Source: an uncultured Acidobacteriota bacterium
GTDB lineage: Bacteria > Acidobacteriota > Polarisedimenticolia > J045
Length of the DNA: 49,931 nt
Direction of reading: 5' to 3'
NCBI GenBank assembly: GCA_964586535.1
Contig: CAZPJJ010000001.1
Span: forward strand, 1 to 49,931
Below the pieces are notes generated by a model. It was not told the DNA's origin and did no database searches. It was given only the letters and a program-made list of their open reading frames with translations. Shown one piece after another: positions 27,301 to 34,409 of this stretch. How positions within the stretch are numbered: the first letter of the stretch is position 1; each line of letters starts with the position of its first letter. Both the position numbers and the translations under genes were made by a program.

Positions 27301-27491
27301 AAGCGGAGCTGACCGACTTCGGACGCGCCTCTGAAGCGAGCGTCGATCTTGTTCTTGTTCACGCGCGGGCTCTGCTCTCCAGCGGCGCGCATCGAGAGGC
27401 CAAACGTCTCCTCGAGCGCCTGAGTACGGAGGCGCGGCTCACGCCCGCGCAACGAAGAACCGCGGATCGCCTCGCGGCCGAACTAGGCTGA
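24324..27491 (+). CDS. Hanks-type Ser/Thr protein kinase, single TM, extracytoplasmic domain and long TPR region
   Basis: Kinase motifs are GEGGMGRVYGA, VAVK, HRDLKPGNVML, DFG and GTPAYFAPE. The TM is AIVAAVLLFAVGAGALAW, followed by VAVLPFEDRSGD and TPR-like repeats. The start is uncertain (GTG 24324, 24333 or 24339). The 24108 ORF start adds an implausible leader. Confidence 0.85.
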   Translation: MERVYVGGESHLEGRTIGRYRIGALLGEGGMGRVYGAHDTHLGRPVAVKTIRDLDHAAEGLRLRFAQEIRSATAVTHPYVASVYDALEVDGLPLLVMELLEGTPLDRALREAGRFESKRALVVAQEIAEALAAIHGAGIVHRDLKPGNVMLTTNGHVKVMDFGVARVTHAAAELSGTATTSAGITRPGVLVGTPAYFAPEVLLGHPPTARADLFALGVLLWEMLTGRHPFRRDNALDTQDAVLYDEPGAHDDAARAVFAALPAPVRAVAEALLTKRAEDRLPTAQAAVAAIASALDGTDFRTGARGDDASPAKPWWASRAIVAAVLLFAVGAGALAWRATHLPAAEAPTEVPPVVAVLPFEDRSGDTGAEGRGSMIAALLGAGLGESGAVRAVAAERVDEVLAAAEAGATVRERVQRAAELAGAAWIVSGQIFREGDRLHAAISVHDATAPDTPAGFRLADASSMGLVDAALYKVVEAVRGRAVSSQELAQATRGARDERAVAALVEAQRAARSLDYETAIVKAEEAVDIAPNDIGLRLASAEILDSAGYETRARLAVREARRLADASPPEAISPRDGLELRILEARFGTEPQRVVDALEEAARRAPYDASLWSRVAAALVDVGKMDEALAAIDRAVALDRLDPRLHIERARLLARIERTGEAESSRLEAKRLFDVLRSRHGEAEVTVLAGEIAWASGKPEESLTAFRESITLFEQAGSPVDAALASRSAGDLAQYLWRLEEALDLYHRALTVLQTAGNRRAVIRTQIGIGTALQRRLDLVEARDVLTAAAQDSKALGLTRQHLFALENLITTTLRTNQPEDALARVDEALAIARSLNESASMPGILRSRGEAYRLLGNYERAETTLVELARNLEAMPGTIGADVVWTYQRLAKTREEAGDLEGAIRAASEALRHARAQGLKPSEAWTLALRARLYAAAGDTAAARADLAEFQAIDDGSGGAREFVEAARLGEASLALARLDWNSAISLSKEQAELTDFGRASEASVDLVLVHARALLSSGAHREAKRLLERLSTEARLTPAQRRTADRLAAELG

Positions 27492-27549
27492 CGAGCATTC
27501 CGCAGAACACGGCCGCGCGCTCGAGGCGAGCGGTCGTAGGGAGGGGATC

Positions 27550-28263
27550 ATGTTCGGACGAGCTATGAAGTCTTGGACGATGGTACTCGCTGGCCTCGCC
27601 GCCGTCGCGGCCGTGGGTGTCGGATGCGGGCCCGCACCGAAGTCGACGCAAACGTCACCACGTTCGAGCGAGGGCGATGCGGATGTGGGTAAGTCGTCAT
27701 CGGACGAAAAGTCTCCGCGCTCGGAAAATGAATCTGAAACCGAGGCCTCGCTGGTTCTCCAGGCTCCATCGAAGATCGATCCTTTCAAGGGACAGATCGA
27801 AATTCACATTTATGGGTCGGGGTCTGCGGTACCCGATTTCGGGAATCGACTTCGTTGCGATTACCACGGTGAGAACGTCACCATGAAAGCGAAGATCGGT
27901 GGAAGGTGGGAGGAGGTTGAAGAAGCGGAGTACGGCGTGCTCGTATTCCCGAGTGTGATCACCCGAGTGATCACCGTGAAATCGTCGCCGACCCAGGTGT
28001 TTCAGGTCTCGATGAAGGAGGGAAATGCCCAGTACCTCTTCCTGCCCGACCCGTGTGATTACGATGCTAGTACGACTCCAACAGCTGACGACTGCCCAGA
28101 TCGAGGATTTCCCAGCGCATTCTTCGGCGTAGCTACAGATATTTCACAGGATGGAACGAACTCGCGGCTCTTCGTGAAGAAGTTGGGGGAGAATTCCTGG
28201 AGGCCTGCAGACTCCGGTTCGTGGCTGCAGTTGAACCCTCCGGAAGATCCTGTCTGCCCATGA
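27550..28263 (+). CDS. Orphan lipoprotein, markedly low GC
   Basis: The signal plus lipobox is MVLAGLAAVAAVGVGC. A Ser/Glu-rich linker is followed by a Cys-containing domain with no recognisable family. Three hand-counted 60-nt lines give 50-55% GC, against 73% in the upstream kinase gene. Confidence 0.6.
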   Translation: MFGRAMKSWTMVLAGLAAVAAVGVGCGPAPKSTQTSPRSSEGDADVGKSSSDEKSPRSENESETEASLVLQAPSKIDPFKGQIEIHIYGSGSAVPDFGNRLRCDYHGENVTMKAKIGGRWEEVEEAEYGVLVFPSVITRVITVKSSPTQVFQVSMKEGNAQYLFLPDPCDYDASTTPTADDCPDRGFPSAFFGVATDISQDGTNSRLFVKKLGENSWRPADSGSWLQLNPPEDPVCP

Positions 28264-28304
28264 TGACCTATCCTCACTGAACGTCAGGTGCGTTTGGCTT
28301 GGCA

Positions 28305-28362
28305 CTCTTCGGTCGCAGGGCTACTCTTCCGCCTCGAGGAAGAAGCCCTGCGCACCGAAGAG
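28305..28362. terminator. Long imperfect hairpin between convergent genes (bidirectional terminator candidate)
   Basis: Arm 1 is CTCTTCGGTCGCAGGGCTACTCTTCC, the loop is GCCTCGA and arm 2 is GGAAGAAGCCCTGCGCACCGAAGAG. The stem is ~22-25 bp with small bulges. It lies between the stops at 28263 and 28376. There is no U-tract. Confidence 0.45.
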
Positions 28363-28375
28363 CCACTCTTGCAAA

Positions 28376-30496
28376 CTACTTCGACGCCGCGCCGAGTTCT
28401 TCCATCACCGGTTCCAACGCCTTCCCCTCCGCCGGCTTCTCCCCACCACTTCCCTTCAAGTAGTGGTCGAACCACTCCATCATGCGCAGTCCATAGTCCT
28501 TCTGCGCGGCGGCCTTGCGGTTGCCGTGGCCTTCGCCGGGGTAAAGCACGAGGCGCACCGGCACCTTGCCGTAGGTCTTGAGGTAGCGATAGAGCGTCAT
28601 CGACTGGCTGGGGTGGACGCGCGTGTCGTCCTCGCCGTGCAAGATGAGAATCGGCGTGCGCGCCTGCTCGACGTAGCGGATCGGGCTGCGCTCGGCGTAG
28701 AAATCCCAGTTGTCCCAGGGCCACTTGCGCGCGTGGACCAGGTACATCTCGTTGGGGATGTCCGTCGTGCCGAACTTGGAGAAGTTCTCGCTGATGCCGA
28801 CGAACATCACCGAGGCGGCGAAGTGCTGAGTGTGCTTCGTGGCGAGCCAGGCGGAGGCGTAGCCGCCGTAAGAGCCGCCGGTGACGCCGACTTTCTTTTC
28901 ATCGACGAGGCCCGTGGCGATGAGGTGCTTGACGCCGTCGACGAGGTCGTCGAACTCGGCGCCGGCGTAGTCGCTCTGGCCCATCTTGGAGAAGTCGACG
29001 CCGCGGCCGGTGGAGCCGCGGTAGTTGGGATAGAAGATCGCGTAGCCCTGCGCCGCGCCGAATTGCCCGGGCGAGGCGTAGCGCGTGAGCCAGCCGTTGG
29101 AGTAATGCGCCTCGGGGCCGCCGTGGACGACGAGGATGAGCGGATAGCGAGTGCCGGGCTTCTCGTCGAGCGGGCGGATCAGCAAGCCGTCGATGGTGAC
29201 GCCGTCGCGCGCTTTGTAGGTGACGATCTCCTGGCGTGCGAGCTTGACGTCGGCCATCCACGGGTTGCTGTCGGAAACACGCGCGAGCTGCGTGGCGCCG
29301 CGCGTCCAGCGGAAGGCTTCGCGCGGATGCGCGGGTGAGTCGGCGATGATGGCGGCACTCCCGCCGTCTTTGGCGAGCGAGAGCGTGTACATCGCGGGCC
29401 CGCCCTTGCCGAGCAGCGTGCGCGGCTTGGCGCCGGGCGCGAGGTCGATCTCGGCGAGGTAGGTTTCGACGCTCTCGTGGCCGACGAAGACGATCGTGTC
29501 GGCATCGGCGAAAGCGATGGCCTCGGCATCGCCCTGCCAGCCGGGCAGCAGGTCGCGCGTCGCGCCGGTGGCGGCGTCAGCGACGACGAGGCGGCCCGCG
29601 TTGGGATCGTGGATGTCCTGCGCGGCGATGACGGCGAGGTGCTTGCCGTCCGGCGCCCACGCGACGTCGCCGATCTTGCCGATCGTGGCGACCTTCGCGC
29701 GCACGGTGCCGGTCGCGGGATCGACGATGTGCACGATGCGGCGCATGAGGTCGTCATCGACGAGCGGCGTCGGCGCGAGGGCGACGGAGATGACGTCGCC
29801 GGCGGGGCTCCAGGCGAGTTCCGACGCGGAGCCAAGGAGCGCGAGCGTGGTCGACTCCTTGGTGACGCCCTCGGCCGCGAGCGTGGCGACGTGGACCCGC
29901 GTGAAGCGCTCCTGCTCTTCGTAGACCTTCGCCTTGAAGCCCTTCTTCTCGAGCTTCTCGCGCTCGGCGGGCTTGGGCTCTTTCGCGAGGAACGCGACGC
30001 GCTTGCCGTCGGGAGCGAACGCGAAGGCGCTGATGTCCTCGTTGTGCTCGACGAGCAGGCGGGCCTCGCCGCCGTCGATGGGGATCGTCCAGATCGCCTT
30101 CTTGGCTTTCTCGCCGCCGCGCTTCGCGAGGAACGCGAGGCCGCGCTGATCGGGGAGGAAGCGCACGTGCGAGACGCCGGCGTCGTCGGTGACGTAGGGG
30201 CGCGGGGCGCGCTCGCCGGGGCCCGCGACCCAGAGCTGCGTGCGCGGGGGGCCGTCGTCCTCGGTGAGCGGATCGCGCGGCACGAGCACGGTGTAGGCGA
30301 CGGCGCTGCCGTCCGCGGCGAGGCGCGCGTCGGCGACGGAGCGCGCCTTCAGTGCCTGCTCGAGCGTCAGGCCCGCGGTGGCGCCGAAGGCAGGGACCGC
30401 GGCGAGGACGACGAGGGCGACGGCGAGGGCCGTGGCCTGCGCGAAAGGGGCGCGGGGGAGGGGGCGACGGGTGGTCTGGACGGGCGAGGCTGGCAT
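28376..30496 (-). CDS. S9 family serine peptidase (prolyl oligopeptidase/dipeptidyl aminopeptidase-like), secreted
   Basis: A signal peptide and an N-terminal beta-propeller region are present. The C-terminal alpha/beta hydrolase carries the nucleophile motif GGSYGGYASAW and a downstream D...H. Confidence 0.85.
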   Translation of the reverse strand: MPASPVQTTRRPLPRAPFAQATALAVALVVLAAVPAFGATAGLTLEQALKARSVADARLAADGSAVAYTVLVPRDPLTEDDGPPRTQLWVAGPGERAPRPYVTDDAGVSHVRFLPDQRGLAFLAKRGGEKAKKAIWTIPIDGGEARLLVEHNEDISAFAFAPDGKRVAFLAKEPKPAEREKLEKKGFKAKVYEEQERFTRVHVATLAAEGVTKESTTLALLGSASELAWSPAGDVISVALAPTPLVDDDLMRRIVHIVDPATGTVRAKVATIGKIGDVAWAPDGKHLAVIAAQDIHDPNAGRLVVADAATGATRDLLPGWQGDAEAIAFADADTIVFVGHESVETYLAEIDLAPGAKPRTLLGKGGPAMYTLSLAKDGGSAAIIADSPAHPREAFRWTRGATQLARVSDSNPWMADVKLARQEIVTYKARDGVTIDGLLIRPLDEKPGTRYPLILVVHGGPEAHYSNGWLTRYASPGQFGAAQGYAIFYPNYRGSTGRGVDFSKMGQSDYAGAEFDDLVDGVKHLIATGLVDEKKVGVTGGSYGGYASAWLATKHTQHFAASVMFVGISENFSKFGTTDIPNEMYLVHARKWPWDNWDFYAERSPIRYVEQARTPILILHGEDDTRVHPSQSMTLYRYLKTYGKVPVRLVLYPGEGHGNRKAAAQKDYGLRMMEWFDHYLKGSGGEKPAEGKALEPVMEELGAASK

Positions 30497-30591
30497 CGCG
30501 GGAGGCTCCTCCGTGGCGCACGGCTAAGCGCCGCGCGGGATTCGGGAAAGCCTCAGGATAACCGGCACGCCAAAAGTTGCACGAAAGGATG

Positions 30592-30621
30592 GCGGGGGCC
30601 CGGAGGAGGGAGGGCCCCCGC
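30592..30621 (-). terminator. GC-rich stem-loop (10-bp perfect stem)
   Basis: The stem-loop is GCGGGGGCCC, loop GGAGGAGGGA, GGGCCCCCGC. It lies downstream of the minus-strand PDZ gene, but a MITE-like insertion separates it from that gene. The minus-strand tail has only a weak T-run. Confidence 0.35.
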
Positions 30622-30827
30622 TTAGCCCGGACTATTCACGAAGCCCTGGCCGAAAATGCCGGATCTGCCCGCCGGCCACTCGCTGTCGCTCGTTCTGGGC
30701 CGTACTCGGTCTGCGCAGACTGCGGTGGAACCTCCGGCTACACCTCGTCTGCGCAGACCTGCGTGCGGCCCATCCGACGGGCATCTGCGGTATTTTCGGC
30801 TCAGGTTTCATGAATAGTCCGGGTTAG
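30622..30827. mobile_element. MITE-like non-autonomous element (198 bp) with flanking TTAG direct duplication
   Basis: Perfect 13-bp terminal inverted repeats are CCCGGACTATTCA (30626-30638) and TGAATAGTCCGGG (30811-30823). Imperfect inverted repeats extend ~50 bp inward (GAAGCCCTGGCCGAAAATGCCGGATCTGCCCG versus the reverse complement GAAACCTGAGCCGAAAATACCGCAGATGCCCG). TTAG occurs on both flanks (30622-30625 and 30824-30827). An internal GTCTGCGCAGAC palindrome occurs twice. Confidence 0.65.
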
Positions 30828-30856
30828 AAACAGGACAGGGAAGGAGGAGGTCCGGT

Positions 30857-31324
30857 CTACTTCGTGGCCGCGGCCATCTGCTCGGCGTGCTCTTGGCGGT
30901 AGTGGTCGAGCCACTGCGCCTTGATCGATTCGGGCATGCGAGCGAGGCGCGCCTTGAGCGTGCGCTCGCGGCCGGCGCGATCGACTTTGTAGCGGATCAG
31001 GTCGCCGGGCTGCATCCCATGGAACGCGGCGCTCACGGCCTCGCCGTTCTCCTTGCTGATCGCGACGTCGCCGATGGCGACGAGCACGTCACCGACTTCG
31101 AAGCCGGCCGCGGCGGCAGGCGAGCCGGGCACGACCTTCTTGACGGCCATCGTCCCGGTCTCGCTCTTGTCGAACTCGACGCCGAGCCAGCCGCGGTTCT
31201 GAAGTTCGGCGGCGAGCTTCTGCACGCATTCTTCGGTGGTCCCTTCGCACTTCATCTTGTCGCCCGCGAACGTCGCGGTCACGACGAGTAGGCTCACGAT
31301 CGCCATCGCCACGATCTTGCGCAT
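30857..31324 (-). CDS. Secreted PDZ-domain protein
   Basis: The ATG at 31324 is preceded by GGGAGG plus 8 nt. The signal peptide is MRKIVAMAIVSLLVVTATFA. The PDZ core is GWLGVEFDK...VKKVVPGSPAAAAGFEVGDVLVAIGD. Confidence 0.75.
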   Translation of the reverse strand: MRKIVAMAIVSLLVVTATFAGDKMKCEGTTEECVQKLAAELQNRGWLGVEFDKSETGTMAVKKVVPGSPAAAAGFEVGDVLVAIGDVAISKENGEAVSAAFHGMQPGDLIRYKVDRAGRERTLKARLARMPESIKAQWLDHYRQEHAEQMAAATK

Positions 31325-31546
31325 TGTCGAAACCTCCCGCGGCACTTCTGTGCCGCAGCGTTTGGAAACCGTGTGATCGGCTTCTTCGAGGCGGTAGATA
31401 CACCCTTCGAGGGGTGAACCGGACGGGTGATTCGACGTGCGGTCCGCTGCGGCAGGATCGCGGGGGCGAACGGGCCGCGATCGCTGACGACCGGTCGAGA
31501 GGGGCAGGGGAGGCTGCGCGCGATTGGGGAGCGCGATCCCCGACGA

Positions 31547-32461
31547 TCAGAGCTGCCGCGAGAGCCCGGCGCTCGCCGCAGCCTCGCGAGCGGCGCGTAA
31601 TTCGTCGCCACTGACAAGCCGGTCGATTTCCGGGAACTCACGCGAGCGGTACGCGGGCCGGTACTGATCCATGACGTTGACCATCGTCCGCGGCGAGATC
31701 TTCTCGGCGAGGAAGCGGAAGACGGTCGCGCTATTGGCATCGTCGCCGGGCATCACGAGATGGCGCACGAGGAGTCCGCGCACGGCGACGCCGCGCTGAT
31801 CGAGGACGAGATCGCCGACTTGCCGGTGCATCTCGCGCACGGCGAGCGCGGTCTGCGCCCAATAGTCGTCGGCGCCGGTGTAGCGGCGCGCGCTTTCGTT
31901 GTCGCCGAACTTCACGTCGGGTAGGTAGATCTCGATGACGCCATCGAGAAGCGCGAGCGCGGAGAGCTCGTCGTAGCCGCCCGTGTTGTAGACGAGCGGG
32001 AGCCGCAGCCCGCGGCCCGCGGCGATGTCGACGGCCTCGAGGATCTGCGCGATGACGTGCGACGGCGAGACGAGATTGATGTTGTGCACGCCCTGCGATT
32101 GCAGCGCGAGCATCATGGCGGCGAGCTCTTGGGCGTCGAAGTCGCGGCCCTGAGCGGCCTGACTGATTTCCCAGTTCTGGCAGAAAACGCAGGAGAGATT
32201 GCAGCCCGAGAAGAGGATCGTGCCCGAGCCCTGCTTGCCGCTGATGGGTGGCTCTTCACCGAAATGCGGGTAGAAGCCGTGCACGCGGGCCATGAGGCCG
32301 ACGCCGCAGACGCCGAGCCTGCCGCGCAGACGATCCGCCATGCAGCGATGGGGGCAGAGATCGCACTCGGCGAGGCGGTCGCGGGCTTCGGCGGCGCGGC
32401 GCTTGAGTTCGCCGGACTCGTGGAGCGTGACGTAAGAAAGCCGAGAAGTTGAGTCGGGCAT
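31547..32461 (-). CDS. Radical SAM protein, PflX family (COG1313, PFL-activase-like)
   Basis: The N-terminal Cys motif is ECDLCPHRCMADRLRGRLGVCGV. The radical-SAM motif is GTILFSGCNLSCVFCQNWEISQ (CxxxCxxC). The start is at MPDST (32461), downstream of GAGGA. Confidence 0.8.
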   Translation of the reverse strand: MPDSTSRLSYVTLHESGELKRRAAEARDRLAECDLCPHRCMADRLRGRLGVCGVGLMARVHGFYPHFGEEPPISGKQGSGTILFSGCNLSCVFCQNWEISQAAQGRDFDAQELAAMMLALQSQGVHNINLVSPSHVIAQILEAVDIAAGRGLRLPLVYNTGGYDELSALALLDGVIEIYLPDVKFGDNESARRYTGADDYWAQTALAVREMHRQVGDLVLDQRGVAVRGLLVRHLVMPGDDANSATVFRFLAEKISPRTMVNVMDQYRPAYRSREFPEIDRLVSGDELRAAREAAASAGLSRQL

Positions 32462-32528
32462 TTCTCGATCCTCGCCGCGTCGAATTTCTGTCATTCTAGC
32501 GCCCCAGTCTTTTGGGGTGGATCTTTCG

Positions 32529-33128
32529 ATGCGCGCATTCTGGATCGACGCCACGGATCGCGACCTTGTCGACGCGGTGCTCGAAGGGCACGGCGCCGCG
32601 GCGGAGGCGTTCGTCGATCGCTTTCGGCGACTCGTGGCGAGCATCGTCAACAGCGCGCGCTCGTCGAGGCTCTCGGAAGCGGACGCCGAGGAAATCGTCC
32701 AAGAGGTGTGGCTGCGGATCTTCGACGGCGGCGCACGGGCGCTCGCGGCGTGGCGCGGCGACGTGCGGCTCGATCGTTATGTGGCAGCGATCGCGCGCAA
32801 TCGCCTGCGCGATTGGATGCGGGAGCGGCGGCCGGAGATCGTCGACGGGGACGCGATCGACGGAAGAGAAGCGGAGGAGCGCGGGGCGGTCGAGGACCTC
32901 TTGTCGGCGGAGCGCGAGGCGGCGGTGCGGGCCGTGCGCAGGACGCTCTCGGATGACGAACGGCGCCTCTTCGACGCCGTGTATGTTCACGGGCGCTCGG
33001 CAGCGGAGATTGCACGCGAGCTGGGCATCCCCGCGAACACGGTGCATCAGCGGCTCTTCGCGCTGCGGCGCCGCGTGGGGCTGGGACTGCGCTGGCTCTT
33101 TCCGGAACTCTTCGATGACACGTCGTGA
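32529..33128 (+). CDS. ECF-type RNA polymerase sigma-70 family factor
   Basis: Region 2 is AEEIVQEVWLRIF...WRGDVRLDRYVAAIARNRLRDWMR. Region 4 is RSAAEIARELGIPANTVHQRLFALRRRV. GTG 32517 is an alternative start. Confidence 0.85.
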   Translation: MRAFWIDATDRDLVDAVLEGHGAAAEAFVDRFRRLVASIVNSARSSRLSEADAEEIVQEVWLRIFDGGARALAAWRGDVRLDRYVAAIARNRLRDWMRERRPEIVDGDAIDGREAEERGAVEDLLSAEREAAVRAVRRTLSDDERRLFDAVYVHGRSAAEIARELGIPANTVHQRLFALRRRVGLGLRWLFPELFDDTS

Positions 33129-33216
33129 GGGAGAGAGGGCGAGTCGGTGGCGGGCCCGCGGACTCGTTCCGGTGGGGTAGCCTAAGGACGTGGCAGCGAG
33201 TTCGTCAGGAGTGGTG

Positions 33217-34182
33217 ATGGAACCGAGTCGCATGCATCTCACGCTCACGCAGCTCATCGAGCTTCTCGATGGGCGTGGGGGAGAGCTTGCGGTGCGTCAC
33301 GTCGAGCAATGCTCGCGCTGCGGGATGTTGCTGGACGAGCTGATCGCGCTTCGCGACGCGGCGCGGCGCGAGGCTTGGGATTCATTCGTGGCGGGGGCGA
33401 CGCCGCTGGGGGGAGAGAAGAGCGCGGCACCGGGGCGTCCGCTGGCGTTCCTGGCGATGCGGGACCGCGCGAAGATGCCGGCCGACGCGGCGAGCGACGA
33501 GATCGTCGAGTCGCCGTGGGGTGTCGATGAGAGCGTCGGCGATGCGACGCGCGACATGGCGCGCCTGTTGGTCGAGGCGCCGGCGGGGCGGTTCCTGCTG
33601 GTGTCGAGCGCAGGCGAGCGGGTCTTGGCGGCGATGGCGGAGGGGAATTCGCGCAGGGCGGGGGGCGCGGCGAGCGTGGCGTACTTGGACGTGCCCGCGG
33701 GCGTGCCTCGAGCGCGGAGACGTCGCCTGGCGTTGGAATCCCCGTCGGAGAGCGCGCGGCGAGTTCCGCGCGAGTCCCGCCACCCGGACGACGCGTTGCG
33801 CGATCAGGGGATCGACGAGCCGCTGATGGAGGCGATGTGTATGTGGGATCTCGGCGACTTCGGTGAGGACACCCGCGAAACGCGCGGTCCGAGATCGACG
33901 GAGCCGAGCCGCCCGGTCGTCATCGAGGGCGCGCCGTGGCGCGTCGAGATCGTCGCCGTGCCGGCCAGGCGGCCGGCTCGCGTCGACCTGGTCGTCACGA
34001 TCGCGGACGAGTCGGGGGAGCCGGTCTCGGGGCAGCGAGTGCGGCTCGACCATGAGACGGCGCCATCGTGGGGACGTTCGAACGCTGCGGGGAGCGCGAC
34101 GCTGGTGCTTCCGAGGGGCCGGTCGACGCTGCGCATCGAAGGGGAGTTCGAGCTCCCGATCGTGCACCTGCCCTCGCGGTAG
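33217..34182 (+). CDS. Putative zinc-binding (ZAS-type) anti-sigma factor without a TM segment; C-terminal beta-sandwich-like region
   Basis: It lies immediately downstream of the ECF sigma gene. The H-x3-C-x2-C motif is HVEQCSRC, near the N-terminus. The ATG at 33217 is preceded by AGGAG plus 5 nt. No hydrophobic span is visible. The C-terminus VDLVVTIADESGEPVSGQRVRL...GSATLVLPRG resembles a CarboxypepD_reg-like fold. Confidence 0.6.
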   Translation: MEPSRMHLTLTQLIELLDGRGGELAVRHVEQCSRCGMLLDELIALRDAARREAWDSFVAGATPLGGEKSAAPGRPLAFLAMRDRAKMPADAASDEIVESPWGVDESVGDATRDMARLLVEAPAGRFLLVSSAGERVLAAMAEGNSRRAGGAASVAYLDVPAGVPRARRRRLALESPSESARRVPRESRHPDDALRDQGIDEPLMEAMCMWDLGDFGEDTRETRGPRSTEPSRPVVIEGAPWRVEIVAVPARRPARVDLVVTIADESGEPVSGQRVRLDHETAPSWGRSNAAGSATLVLPRGRSTLRIEGEFELPIVHLPSR

Positions 34183-34409
34183 GAGTCGAGCGAGGGCGCG
34201 GAGCGAGGGCGCGGAGCGAGCAGCGCGCGGAACCCCCGCGAATCCACCTCGGCCGATCTCATCAACGGGGCAGGCCGCGCGAAGCGAGAGTGCTGGCCGC
34301 GGCCGGGCTCTCCGGCGCGGATTCTCGCGAAGTTCCGCCTAAGGCATCAGCCGAGCGTCCGTCCTGTCTCTGCGAAGGCGTGCCCGCGGGCGTCGCCGAG
34401 GAGGTACGG

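Noticed and set aside
30577-30813. 78-aa ORF in the gap between the S9 peptidase and PDZ genes.
   Set aside because: It lies almost entirely inside the MITE-like inverted-repeat element and has no RBS. Its sequence is dictated by the palindromic DNA.
34229-34265. ECF-type promoter (GGAAC -35 element at 34229-34233) upstream of the ARPP-1-like gene.
   Set aside because: At the 16-17-nt spacing the -10 position reads CGG/GGC rather than the CGT(C) typical of ECF promoters. A single pentamer match is not evidence.
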